Origin: Rhizophagus irregularis
Lineage: Eukaryota
Direction of reading: 5' to 3'
Length of the DNA stretch: 64,000 bases
Assembly: GCF_026210795.1 (NCBI RefSeq)
Contig: NC_089432.1
Location: 5,518,001 to 5,582,000, forward strand
The stretch's first letter is position 1. Each line of letters opens with the position of its first letter. Below the pieces are notes generated by a model that worked only from the letters and a program-made list of their open reading frames with translations, was not told where the DNA came from and ran no database searches. The translations under genes and the position numbers were made by a program. Shown piece by piece: positions 39,876 to 53,580 of the stretch.

Positions 39876-40105
39876 GATCTAATCCTTGTTAGACTAGCAG
39901 TCCAGCTTGCGCTAAGCGTCGAACTAGCAGTTCATCACTGTTCAGATTAGACCGTTGAATTAGAGCTAATCCTTGTTAGACTAGCAGTCCCAGCTTGCGC
40001 TAGGCGTCGAACTAGCAGTTCGTCACTGGCGACTAGCAGTCCCAGCTTGCACTAAGCGTCGAACTAGCAATTCATCACTGTTCAGATTAGGCCCTAATCC
40101 TATTA
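39876..40105. repeat. GC-rich tandem repeat, 3 copies
   Basis: GACTAGCAGTCC(C)AGCTTGC(G/A)CTA(A/G)GCGTCGAACTAGCA(G/A)TTC(A/G)TCACTG at ~39892, ~39979 and ~40031. Confidence 0.85.
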
Positions 40106-42549
40106 ACAAACACCATTAATGAGCATACTTACCAATTCTTGCGGTCGCTTCTGTTAAACAAAGTTAATTATAATTACCGAAAACTTCTTTACAAAATTTC
40201 TCACGAGATGATCCAATTAGAATTCATCAAATTGTTCATTATCACGATATCTTCAAGGGTATTATATGGTATAACAAATGGTACGTACTACGAGCACATA
40301 AACCTCTATGCCAATCATATAATAGTTCACCATCCGGAAGACTTTTAGTGAACTAGCACCTACTCATGCGTCCATCGGCAAACTATTAATGATACTCACC
40401 ACTTTAAAATTATGTGTCCTTTCCTTTGGTCATACCGATTCAGAATCTATGGACATGATGTTGACTATTTCATATTCTTTGATGTCATATGACAAACATT
40501 ACACTTCAAAGCGGTGCTACGATCTGTTCATCCGTCACTTGGATATCTTTAGTGTATTATTTTAATAAGCGGGAAATTAGCTCTTATTAAAAATAAAAAT
40601 TTATACAAGCTGTACAATGGTATTGCTTTGCAAATAATTATTTATGAACCAATTGCACGCATTAGCAATATAACTTTTTTATAGTTTCTGTTGCTGCGCC
40701 ACACAAGAAAGCGAAGAGGGAATTGAAGCAGGTCTTTGGAGTAACTTCTTACAGTATACTTCTCCAGTGTTTTTATTACCTGAAGTACTGAATAGTCTAT
40801 GGCCAACAGGCTTCGTAACTTACTTGCCAAAGGAACCTATACTTTGGAGACATTGTGATAATTGTAGAGGAAAAAATTTCTTAACAGGTATTGCATTGGT
40901 CACTTTTTTTGATGGGTTTTATGTTATTGTGTCGTTGTAAAATTTGCGTTGTAAAATTTGTAAAGTAATTAAAAAAAAGGTTTTTTTTATATATATATTT
41001 TTTTGTTGTCTTTTCTATGAATTATGTAATAGAAATAGTAATAAATACATAAAAAGTTAAATTGTAATACTTATAATACTTATGAAGTCTATATTTTATA
41101 TATGAAAATTTTGCAATGAATCATTACAACACTGATCAAACTGGTCTTGTTGTCGCGTTGCGTAATAAATTTTTACTTTTACGCGTTAATGTCGCGTAGC
41201 TTTGACACGGCTATGTACTATACTACAATAAATTTGAACAAAAATATTGAACTACACGATTTTATTGCAACTTCGATTACATGAAAAACATTGACCATGC
41301 CAATCGACTGCTGATGAACCGGTAACTTGTCAAGAACTTTTAAACTACCAGATTATTTGTATAAATAATTTCTCTTCCGTTCCAAAATAAAAAGGAATGT
41401 TAGTATTCAATTCTGTCCTATCTAAAAAAAAAAAATCATGAATTAAATAAATAAATAAATAAATAAATTTTTTTAGTTCATCGAAAGTGTTATTCTCTTG
41501 TTTTTATCTCAATGTTTAAAAAATTAAAAAGATGCGAAAAACATTCTTTTAAATTTAACAAAAATGAAGTAATATTTTTTTTTTTTTTAACTTGAAATAT
41601 TTCATAATTATCAATTTCGAAGTTATTTGTAATATTAATATTATTGAACAGTTGAAGCTCATATGGTATGAGGTGATAGTGACTAAAAACTTTGTAAATT
41701 TTGTAGGGCACTTGCATCGTTAGAAAAGATCCGATTTAATCAATTTTAAATTTTAAAATTTGCATTTTAAAATTTATTAATGGTTATTCAATACATTTCT
41801 TATTCAACTCAAGCGTTACAAGTGGAAGTGTAAGTAACGAAATTTCATTTGTTCCAATTACTGGGTTAGAACTTTCCCCAAATAGAAAATCGAGTGGAAC
41901 AGGTGGTATTTCACAGTATTTCATTTGAATATTTAATTTTTATAAGGTATTAATGGATCACTTGATATTGTACTGTATCGCGAAACTCATTTATGTTAAA
42001 TCCAATATTAATTAATTTTGAACTTGAAATATAGGGATATATATAATGAAAAATGTCGTTTGATATAGTAAACTTTCGTTAAACTCTTTAGTTCGAGCTA
42101 TATCAAATTTATATTTTATTCACTTATTTTATTTCTTAGAGACTTACAATCTCTGATCTTCCTTGAGTTTTCCCGGAAAATTTTTTATAGGTGTCGCCGA
42201 TGCGATGCCGGGATCATTGACTGTCAAGATTATGATTGTCAGGAAAATCCCAGGAATAGTATGAAGCTCCATAATGTTCATCACCCAAGGTAACCAGGAT
42301 TTTGAACAGTATGATGCTTTATAGTACACTGTAGTCAATTTAATATAACGAATGTAAAGCATTTTTGGGTTGAAATTACGATATTTCAGAGTTCATGCTT
42401 TTTTCAGTTCCAAGTAGTCTAAATTCTGTAGTCTATCAGTATTCAGTAGTTAAAAATTGTAAAGCCCTTCGTGATATAGACCAGTTATTTCACGTTATTC
42501 CACATGAAGCCGTAGATATCATTGATAATCACGGTTCCGCCGCAAGCTT

Positions 42550-43169
42550 TTAGGTGACTTGGCTCGTTTAAACTAATTTGAATTTGGCTTGTTTCAAGAC
42601 CGAGCCATATAAATTTTGGCCCGAGCTGAGCCAAGCTGGCTCAAAAAAATTTTAACTTGCAATATTTTAAGGTGCGTTAATTTAGATAATTTAGCAATTT
42701 AAAATGATTATTATTAATATTATTTTATTGAATCTTATTTATTTATATTTGAAATATATTATATTTACATTTAAATGTAAAATATTTAAAATTATTTATA
42801 TTAATCAATTATTCAATGAGACACTTGATGAATAGTTTCACCCTTAAGGCTGCAACAGTTTTGCACTACTTTCTATTTCCAAAATTGTTGGCGAAGAAAC
42901 CCTTTTAAAATTTAAAAAAAATTATTATTTTTTTATTTTAATAAAAACAAAATAAATCTCGATTGGCCGGTTAATTTATAGAAAAAATATGCGGCTGGTC
43001 ATTAAATTATCCAGACAATCTATACAAAATTCGCAAAAAAACATTCTAAAACAAATTAATTATATATGGCTCACGAGCTAGATTGATCGAGCTGTACAAA
43101 GCCCGGCTCGAAATGAGCTGGCTTGAGATATTGCGAGCTGCGGCTCAAGCTCGGTTCGCACGGAGCCTT
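42550..43169. mobile_element. Degenerate hAT-like MITE with CGAGC/GGCTC subterminal repeats
   Basis: GC-rich clusters of CGAGCT/GGCTCG at both ends around an AT-rich core. Right end GCACGGAGCCTTA. Left TIR and TSD not resolved. Confidence 0.45.
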
Positions 43170-46100
43170 ACTGAATAACTTATTGAAATATTCAAATATA
43201 TTAATATATATCTAAATTATTAATGATAAAGTAACAATTTTGATTTATCCATTTATCAATTTATAACGAATATATAGTAAGAAAAATTTTTTTTATTTCT
43301 TTTCATTAAAAACATCGAACCTTCCTCCATTTTGTAATGTCTAGTGACCCATTTGCTTAAAACAGCCAACCCGCCACGGAACTAATGTGACTGCCCATAA
43401 CCGCAGAAACAGTATTGAGGACGTGTAAAACACTAACCTCGTCCCTTCCTAGACTTTGGTTTTAAATTCTCAAGCATAACCAACTTACCCATAAGCCTTC
43501 CAAAAGGAAAGCATGTGCAATGCATATGCATGTTTGCAGTTGCAATTTCTGGTCCCCATCTCTTATTGCAAGATCTCCATTTTCAATTTCTTCACGGGTG
43601 AAAGGCAATCAAAAATTGACATTCTCAAGCTTTCTTCCAAATCTAATATTTTAACCAACGTAATCGGACGCGAACAATATAATTTTCTTTGAATATGGTT
43701 CTCTCACAACCTCTTTGTCTACTTCATCAACATCAGCTTCACATACCACTATTTCTCCCAAAAATGGGGATGCCCCGCAGGAATATTATATATTGTAAGC
43801 AATATATGTAATTAACCGAGGTGGATTCGCAATGGACGAGGAGGTATAAATCGAGGTCTCACGGTTAGGTCAACATCAACATCAGTTTCACTTCAAATTT
43901 GACATCTGAAACATTCTCAACATCATATTTCATTTACAATGTCCTCATCTGGAAGATTTATCCAGATGTGAACTATCAATGAATTTGAATATTACTTTTT
44001 TACTGCATGTATCAATGACTTCTTGGAGTTGATCTTGAATTTCTTCATTGAGAGCTGTCTTTAGATATACTCAGAAAACCCTCCCCATTTTTGGTACAAC
44101 TTCTACCCTTCTCACTACTAAAAGACTGAAGACGGAGCCGTGGATCTCTTTGAAAATCTCTTTCCTGCATGTATCAATCTCTCTCCAAGACCACGCTGGC
44201 ATGTATCGTATACATAGATTAAGTTTACCAAAGTCTATATAATAATCTGCCAATGGGGGATTGTCTTGATATCAACTTTACTTGGTCTTTTGCCATCCAC
44301 AATATATCAAACATTAGGATTGTTCAGATATTTTCTAATCTCGTCACGATGCATTCCACGGAACAAACTACGAATGACGGGCACCCGGAAAAATTTCTTG
44401 ATACGCTAGTTAAATCAAGATCTGCGCAACAGTAGAAACAGGAAAGGGAAGCACAAGATTAAGTAAGTATTTAGTATTATCGGAGATGAGTGCGAAAACA
44501 GCAAATTTAAACACATTATACCATTATTGTTAATAACTATCTCATCATTTTTGATGGAGGAATTATCTGCTTCGCTGCAGTTCTTATAGATTTCTTTAAA
44601 AGATTAAGAGAACGAATCGCTCTAAACATAATAGACGATTACTCAATAAAAGTGTGGTTTGTACAGTTGTGTGTTCCAGATAGAGAAAAATTTAACGATT
44701 TATCATTTTTTTTTATATATATAATTTTTAATCTTTGTAACTGATTAATGATATTTTAAGAAATTTTAACGATGAATTTTATTTACTTATTTATTTTTTT
44801 TTTTGGTTTAAAATTTATATTTTAAGAAAAATCAATTTACGCAGGTTACTATAAAAAAAATAGGGGGTAAATACTGTATATGAAGAGATCTGATTGATTG
44901 ATTGATTAGTTGTGGCTTTTGTGAACACAAGAATGAGTTTCTTTATTGGTACAAAAAAAATAGATGAAAATCACCCGAGTTTATTTTTACGAAAAATTCT
45001 AGAGAAGCAAGAGAAACAAACATATGGTGCCATCAAATAGAGAGGGAGTATGTGGATCCTAGCTTCCTAGGCCATTTTTATGCAAAGCCCATAATCATGT
45101 TCTCTCACCTCGTTATAAATATTTTATGTTGCTAATTAGTGATTCGTATATAGGATATATTAACTGTTAAAAAAACGAACGTTTGGTTATTTATTAATTT
45201 ATGACGCTTTGGAATAAAATATTCGTTATTACTTATTATATTCGATTGAATTTCAAATTCCTTAGTTTGGTTTCAAATGTTTCAAATGTTTCAAATAATC
45301 TTTTTTTTAATCACTATAATAAAATACGGGATCTTTGTGTCACCATACTATTGGTTAATTGTAATTTTTTTTCTGTGATCAATTTTTTGGTTTATTGAAA
45401 ATTCAACCAACGTAATCAATTACATTTAAGGCTTCCTGTGAAAATAATAATTATTATAATTCATGTGTAAAATTTCATATCAGCTTTTCTATACCAAAGA
45501 GCTATTTCTATCCATTTTTATGACAGAAACCTAGACTACTTCAAAATTCAGCATATCAGCCATCATAAATTAACAAAACTAATAAAAACAAAATTAATAA
45601 AGTTATTGCAGATTTCAAAGTGGTTGAAATTTACGATAGGTTATATTCAAAAATTACATTCCCTCCATCAATAGATTTACGAAATGACAATAATGAAAAT
45701 GGTAGTGAAAGGACAATTTCTCGTGATAATTAAAATTATGGTTTTAAAGTAAATTTATAAATGACAGCCCGAAATTCTGTAATTCACGTGATGCACAATT
45801 TCGTCCGAACTACTTTTTCAAAGAATTGTTTAAGAAAAAAAAAATATTATGACTGATACATAAATTTCTTCACCTCCGTCACATCCTTTCTGTTTTCATT
45901 TTTATTTACGGTATATAGCTTTATCTTGATCAATAATAAAAGATTCTTTGAAAAAAAAAAAGATTTTACACCACTGATCCACTATACAGTCATACAGTAT
46001 CGTACAATGTAAATAAATTCTTTGAACTTCATTTTACCTATTAAATTGATCATCAATCGCTTTAAAAGTAGCCATAAACTAAAAAGATTTTAAAAAATAA

Positions 46101-46354
46101 TGAAATAAATTATATAAATCAAAAGAAAATTTTCCCAAGTTACTCCTTAAAGAGTCTTAATTGTTTGTACAAAAAAAAAAAAAAAAACTGCACGTTTTAA
46201 AAATTAGAATTTGTAAATCAAATTTTATCTTGAGTTCTATTTAAGGAAAATATTCACATTTAAAAAATTAGAGAGAACTTAAAAATTGCTTGATTTCGTT
46301 TCGAAATGATCCATTTTCTTTTTTCTTTCTATTTACGAAGGCAGAAAAAAAAAA

Positions 46355-47561
46355 ATGGGACGTACTTTTGAAAAAAGTTCTAATCTTTATAAACCTTGTT
46401 TACCATCGAAATCTAGTATATACTGTATCTTTGATAAGGTAAGAGGTTACTATATTGCAAAAATAATAATAATTAATAATAATAATAATAATAATTTATT
46501 ATATTTAATAAACTGAAAAGAAGCAAAATAAAGATATTACTATAAAGAGAATATATGATGATGATAATACTAACATCGATAAAGACGTTGATAAAGATAT
46601 TGTCTTTGTCAAGAAAGAAGAAACCGTCGATAATGCTAGTTCTAATGAAAGTAAAGATATTGTTGATGTCAAGAAAGAAAAACCGATTTATATATCAAGA
46701 CCAATGATGCAACAGTTTTTCATTAAAAAGTATGTATACGAAGAAATAAAATTATCCTGTAAAGGTTCCCTCCAACAACGTAGAGAAACTCTCATGAAAC
46801 GTCGAAACAACCTTTTGAAACAATCTCAAAATCGTTCTCCTGAACAAAAATCTCTTAAACGAATGCAAAAAAAAATTGTTTCTCAATATGAAGATGGTAT
46901 TGTAAGACCATTTGTTTGTGACGAACCAGGTTGTGGAAAGAGATACGTCAAATCACAAAGTTTAATAATTCACACAAGATCACATACTGGAGAAAAACCT
47001 TACGTGTGTACAGTTAAGAATTGCGGAAAAAGGTATAGCCGATTGGATTCTATGAAAGATCACGTTAAAACTCATCAAGGAAAACCTTACAAGTGTAACT
47101 TTCCGGGGTGTAACAGTAGTTATTATTACTCATCTCATTATCTTAGACACAAAAAGAGACATGCTGGAGAAAAGATTAATGTTTATAAAAAAAAGCCTGA
47201 AGTAAAATTGATTCACAAGTGTATTGTTCCAAGGTGCGAAAAAAGATATGAATTTGCTAATAGTTTGGCAAGACACATGTATTCTCATTCTAAAGAAAAA
47301 TTCAAGTGTGATTTTCCAGGTTGTACAAGGCAATATACATATCCTGAAGATATTTCAAGGCATAAAAAAACTCATAATGGTTTATTTCCCTACAAATGCG
47401 ATAATCCCGGATGTAATAAATCATTTAATAGATCATCTAACTTAGCAGATCATAGACAAACTCATAATATTGAAAGACCTTTCGTTTGTGATATTGGTAA
47501 CTGCGGAAGGAGATTTAAAAGGGCAAAATATATGAAAGTACATCAGATTAATTTACACTAA
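46355..47561 (+). CDS. C2H2 zinc-finger protein with 7 fingers, probably 2 exons (46355-46438, 46521-47561)
   Basis: Seven C-x4-C...H-x3/4-H fingers, with HTGEKPY and HNIERPF linkers. The upstream exon MGRTFEK...IFDK splices in phase 0 into the open frame upstream of 46704. Confidence 0.88.
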
Positions 47562-48047
47562 TTAAGTAATAATTTGTTGAGTTGTAATTATTCTGTTATA
47601 AGGGAGTTTAAATTTTGTATCATTTTACATCATTCATAATAAAAGTCTATTTTCGCGTTTTATTGTTCATAATTCATAATCTAATTAGTTGATGTCATAT
47701 ATAACATTATAAATTTGTTAACCATAATTGGTATATCCTCACGCTATCACGCTATAATAAATTCTCTATCGTGTACAGAACATAAGTATATATATAAGTC
47801 ATCTTTTTTTTATCAAAAAATACTTAAATACCTTGACAAAAAAAATATATTCTTCAAAAAATATTTTTTCTCTTCAAAAAAAAAAATAAATATTATTCCT
47901 GTTCAAAGAAAAAAGTTTATTTACGAAATATCGGGTAACGTTTATTTTATTATATAAAATTTTTAGGCGTCTCTAAAATAAGTGAAGCTTATTGTATTGC
48001 GTTTCTTTTCTTTTCTTTTTTTTTATAAAAATAAAAAGGTAACAAAA

Positions 48048-50796
48048 ATGACTGCTAAATTATTTGAACATAATATGTTTTCTATGGCACCTTTTGGAAC
48101 GATACCCTTCGATAACTATAACTATGATTATATTGCTTCTGAAAGTGATTACGATAACTATAACTATAACTATAATTATTTTGCTTCTGAAAGTGATTAC
48201 GATAACTATGACTATGATTATATTGCTTCTGAAAGTGATTGTGATTCTACGAATTATTATGTAAGTAGAAATTATAATCGATCTTTACTTTTCTCCTTTG
48301 GTTTATTTATCATATACTTTTAATTCTTTGAAGGCCGATAAAGAATATAGTGACGACGATTTGGAAGATAGCGAGAGAGACGATATTAGTGACGTTTATA
48401 CTAAAGAAGAAGACGATACAGAAAGCTTTGATAATCTCTCGGAGAGAAGTGTTGAGGATGATTTATATGGTCCCAACAATGATTTTGAGATGGATAACAG
48501 CATTATCGACATCTACGACGAACATGTTATAATCAAAATGGAAAATTCTTCACCTTTTGGCTCCGAGAAACAAGTTCCAAATTTTGTTAATCACTACACT
48601 GGAACAATTCAAGCTCAGAATCCTAATAACGAGTCGAGTGATGAAACTGTCAGCATTAAGATGGAGAGATATGAGTACGGTAGCAAGACAAGTGGCGATG
48701 AAACTGTTTGTGTTAAAATGGACTCACGTGAACTTCTTAACGATTTGGAAGATGACTTACCTGACAACACAATTAATAAAATTAAAATTGGATCATGTAA
48801 AGATTCTAACTGCGAGAAAGGAGATGTACATGAAAATTATAAACCTGTTGAAATTAAAGAAGTTAAAGATAAAATTGGATCATATGAATATTCTAATTTC
48901 AAGAAAAATGTACATGAAAATGATCGACCCGTCGGAATTCAAGATGATTTACGTGACAACACACTTCATAAAGTTAAAATCAGGCCATGTGAATATTCTA
49001 ACTGCGAGAAAAGAGATGTACATGAAAACAATGATCAACCCGTTGAAATTAAAATTGAGTCATTTGAAGATTTAAAAAGTCTGGAAGAGTTTTTACGTGA
49101 TGAAGCTGTTAGAGCTAAAATGAGTTCACATGAACCTTTTAGTGAAAGTAAGATTAAAACAGAGCAAACTGAGAATTGTCCATCTTTCGATAGCTTGGAA
49201 GAATTTTTACGTTATGACGAAACTATTAGAGCTAAAATGGAACCATGTGGAAGATCCTTTTACGATGAGGAAAGGAATTTAAGCGCCAATAATCAAACTG
49301 TTCACGTTAAGATGGAACCAAATGAACCTTTTTACGGCGAGGAAAGAAACTTAAACGATAATAATCAAACTGTTCACGTTAAGATGGAACCATATGAACA
49401 TTTTTACGGCGAGAAAAGAAACTTATCCGATAATAATCAAACTGTTCACGTTATGAAACCATATGAACATTTTTACAGTGAAGAAAGAAACTTAAACGAT
49501 AATAATCAAACTGTTCACGTTATGAAACTATATGAACCTTTTTACGGCGAGGAAAGAAACTTAAACGATAATAATCAAACCGTTCACGCTAAGATGGAAC
49601 CATATGAACCTTTTTACGGCGAGGAAAGAAACTTAAACGATAATAATCAAACTGTTCACGTTAAGATGGAACCAAATGAACCTTTTTACGGCGAGAAAAG
49701 AAACTTAAACGATAATAATCAAACTGTTCACGTTATGAAACTATATGAACCTTTTTACGGCGAGGAAAGAAACTTAAACGATAATCAAACTGTTCCCGTT
49801 AAGATGGAACCATATGAACCTTTTTACGGAACGAAGGGAAACTTAAGAGATAATCAAACTGTTCGCATTAAGATGCAATCATATGAACCTTTTGGAAATG
49901 AAAGAAATTTAAGTGATAATAATAAACCTGTTCACATTAAGATGAAATCATATGAATCTTTTTACGGAGCGGAAAGAAACTTAAGTGATAAGAACCAAGC
50001 TGTTAAGATTAAAGTGGAGCCATACGAATCTCTTCACAACGAAGTATATTTAAGCGGTAATTATCGAGCTAAAATTGATTTATCTAAGCAAAAAGAATTT
50101 GAAGACAGTTTAGAAGAGTTTTTACGTTATGACGAAACCATTGGACTTGAAATGGAGCCATACGGATCTTTTCGCAATGATAATCAAACTGTAAAACCAT
50201 GCAATGAGGAATATTTAAGTGATGATAGTTATGAATCTCCTAATAGTAATGGTGAATACTATAAGACTTTTAACGAAAATTTGAGAGATGGCACGACTGT
50301 TAATATTAAATCAGACAAACTAATTAGAAGTGAGGAATTAAATATTGACGATAGTAATTTATCTTTTGTTAATGGTGATAATTGCGCAGATTTTGTAGAC
50401 GAACAAATGAATGAATATAATTTACCTAATTATAATAGAGGTAATGCGTATTCAGATTTTGAAGGCAATAATAATATTGCCAATAAAATAGCGGACAAAT
50501 CTGAAATCAATCACCACTTTTGGAACTATGTACCATTCTTTGATATATATTCTACAACTTCACGACAATCTTCAAAAAGGAAATTTGAATATGAAGAACA
50601 ATATAGTAGTGATTTATCATCTACAACTAAACAAAATGCATATACGACTTCACTAAATGAAACAACAGGAGAGAGTTCACAAAAAAGAAGTCGGTTAGCA
50701 TACCGCATGAACGAAAGACACAAATGTAAATGCGGAAAATTATTTAGAAAGCCTGCAAGTTTAAACAGACATCAAAACTTGGCTCATCATCATTAA
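48048..50796 (+). CDS. ~890-aa acidic tandem-repeat protein with a C-terminal C2H2-like finger, 2 exons (48048-48260, 48334-50796)
   Basis: Long open frame. Exon 1 carries YDYIASESD repeats and splices GTAAGT...GAAG in phase 0. C-terminus HKCKCGKLFRKPASLNRHQNLAH. Confidence 0.85.
49230..50030 (+). repeat. Coding minisatellite, about 11 units of 69-72 bp (VKMEPYEPFYGEERNLNDNNQTVH)
   Basis: Repeats of GATAATAATCAAACTGTTCACGTTAAGATGGAACCATATGAACCTTTTTACGGCGAGGAAAGAAACTTAAAC. Unit length varies only in multiples of 3. Confidence 0.95.
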
Positions 50797-52444
50797 TATT
50801 GCCATCAACTATAGATTAGAATTTATTTTAAGAAAATTGTATATTATTTATTAATTAATGTATTGCTATCTAAGTAAATTTTTATTTTATTTTTAAAAAC
50901 AAAGAAATAATTAATTATTATTTTACTATGTTTATTAAAAAAAAGTCTTCGATTAACAACAAGTCTAGATGACTTAATCATTAGCAATGTATAAAATTCA
51001 ATATTTTTATTATCTAAATTTACTAGTTTATAATCTCAACGCATTAAAAACATATATTATGTAAAATTCTATAACTTAATAAAAAATTTCTAAGCAAATT
51101 GTTTTGTCACTTATAAATTAAACAGTTGTTTTAATTTAATATAAATAAAAATTGAAGTATCAACAAAGAAATAAAAAGAATAATTAAGAAATAAAAAATA
51201 AGATACTTGATTTTTAAATATATACTATATAGACGCATTATTATTAAGTAAAATAACAACTCATGCCGTCATCTGTCCTGCATATTTAACAAAAATTAAC
51301 AAAAATTACTATACATTTCTACAGACTTCAGGAATCATACAATTCTAAAAATATTTGCAATGTGTCACAATGTGGGCTTACTAATTACCAGAATTACCAG
51401 GTGCATATATTACATTTGAAGGATAGTTAAATTGTAAATATAAAATTTTTTAGGGTATTGCCGGATGTGATGGCCACTCACCGCCGGTGGTGAAATTACG
51501 ATTTAATGCCGGATTAGATTTTTAATTCTGGGCAAAAGTACATCATGATGGACCATCACTATATATTATTTATTTATTAAATTATTTAATTTTTATAAGA
51601 AATTTTATAAGAAATTAGTAAATTATTATTTTAAAAAGAGTGTAATAATACTTTTTTAAAAATAAAAAATTATACTCTTATATTAAAAAAACTTAATTTG
51701 TAAGAAGGAGTGAGCTATTAAACAATTTTCAAATGTATGTGTCCTACATAGATAAATCCATCAATTTTTAACCAAATGATTTAAATTTTTTACTGAAAAA
51801 ACTTTAAGGTTTGCTTTATCTTTAAAATAATCTTATAAAATTCAAAGTTTTGTAATTAATTTTTAAAGATCACCAATTAGTAAAATTTTTAGTAAAAATG
51901 TACATGTATAATTTCTGTCTAGTAAGCATCAACTATGAGTTACCAAATTTATAAATGCATACTTTTGAATATATATTAATTGATTACTAAATAAAAAGTA
52001 ATATAAAAAATAAAGTATTTCTTATTATATTTTTCTGTTTTAGAACTTTTCTGAATAACAGATTATCTATTAATCCTACAGAAATAAATATAGTACCATT
52101 TAATGCATTTCATTAAGATGAATCTAATAAGCTATATTTTATCCTTCTAAAATAATTCACTGAATGATAAATTAATGCAAATCAATATTCTTGTAAAAAT
52201 CGTTAAAAATAGTATTCTCCACAAATTAAATTTTTCCTTTAAAATTTGATTCAATTCAGGCTTGATTCAAACTTGATTTGATTACAAAAATAATTATTTC
52301 AGAATTTGGTAACTAATTTCAATGATCTTTTTTTAATTAATAGCTCTTATTACCTTGATTAAAATAAAAAAAAATCATCAAAATCAAACTGCTAAATCAA
52401 GTTATTCACAAAATATGTTTTTATCCTTCAAAAATAATCAGAGT

Positions 52445-52900
52445 AGGATTAGGACCCTGCTTACTTATAAAATAGGTCACCCCCAGGCCTAAGGTAAAAA
52501 TCATATATAAATTTTTTGCAGATCCTACTATAAAAGGAAATTTTATGTTACATTGTTATGATTTTTTTTCTTTTTAGCTAATTAACCAATAGAATTTAAG
52601 AAAAAAGTAAGGTAAAAACTATTAGTAAAGGGCCAATTTTCTATGGTAACCTTTATTATAAGTAAGCGGGGTCCTGTAAAACCCCAGAAAATATATAAAT
52701 AGGTAAGATTTCAAGTTGCTTAGAATTTGCCAAAAAATTGTGTAAATCTTTCCTTTTTAGATAATACCGGTCAGAGATTTAATTTCCTAATTTAAAAACT
52801 AGCTAGTATTATTATAATTCTGGTCCTAAAAAAATGCTTAGAGCTCATAGTAAAATTTTTTGGACTGGATTTTACCTATTTATGTATTTTCCAGGATCCT
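52445..52900. mobile_element. MITE with AGGACC-type TIR (outer element), interrupted at its left tip by a second MITE
   Basis: Reconstructed left TIR AGGACC+CCAGAAAATATATAAATAGGTAA matches right end TTACCTATTTATGTATTTTCCAGGATCCT. 8-bp TSD ATCAGAGT / ATTAGAGT. Confidence 0.75.
52451..52675. mobile_element. 225-bp MITE (AGGACCC..GGGTCCT), copy 1, nested
   Basis: TIR AGGACCCTGCTTACTTATAA / TTATAAGTAAGCGGGGTCCT. A near-identical copy lies at 60481-60705. Confidence 0.88.
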
Positions 52901-53424
52901 ATTAGAGTTACACTGTGTTATAAATTGATTTATGTAAACACTAACTTAAAAATTATGAAAATTTCACTTTTTAAAATTAAATAATTTTATAAATATGGAC
53001 TTTTAGACCTTAAAAATAATTTGCACATATATTCTGAATATATATAAAGTATTTTTTTTCAAATTTTTGAGATTTTAATTTTTTCAATTTTTTATTACTC
53101 TTGTTTCAAAAGTTTATGTTAAAATTTTAAGCTTTATAAAGATTATTTAAATATATATGTAAGATAAAGCCAATCTTAAAGTTTTTTAATAAAAATTTTT
53201 AAATCATTTAGCTAAAAATTTATGAATTCATTGACATATACATTTGAAAATTACTTAATAATTTACTTCTTCTTATCTGAATCACAAATTAATTTTCTTA
53301 ATATTTAAATTTGATAAAAATATAAATATTAAATTCTATTTTTAAACAAATAAATTTTAGTATTTATTTATTTTATTATTTTTTTTTAATTTTTAATTTA
53401 TTTATTTTAAATCCTACTTAGTCT

Positions 53425-53580
53425 AGATTATAATACTATAAATATTACACTATAATCTAAATACTACATTAACTACAATATAATCTAAATAATATATTAT
53501 AATCTGAATACTATATTATAATCTGAATACCATATTATAATATGAATACTATGATATAATCTAAATACTACATTATAATT
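53425..53580. repeat. Short-period (~19-bp) tandem repeat, also present inverted near 54520-54615 and 63680-63820
   Basis: TATAATCT(A/G)AATACTA(T/C)AT repeated about 6-7 times. 54520-54615 and 63681-63775 are direct copies of each other. Confidence 0.65.

Noticed and set aside
43300..44600. GC-richer minus-strand gene remnant (MADYYIDFGKLNLC...)
   Set aside because: No continuous frame or recognisable domain.
3940..45795. Recurrent TCACGTGA E-box-like motif (~3942, 11364, 15732, 21438, 21557, 23032, 45784)
   Set aside because: Several copies lie inside MITEs, and a regulatory role cannot be supported without enrichment statistics.
49230..50030. Regularly spaced repeats that could be taken for a CRISPR array
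   Set aside because: No unique spacers, units are in-frame coding repeats, and the context is eukaryotic.
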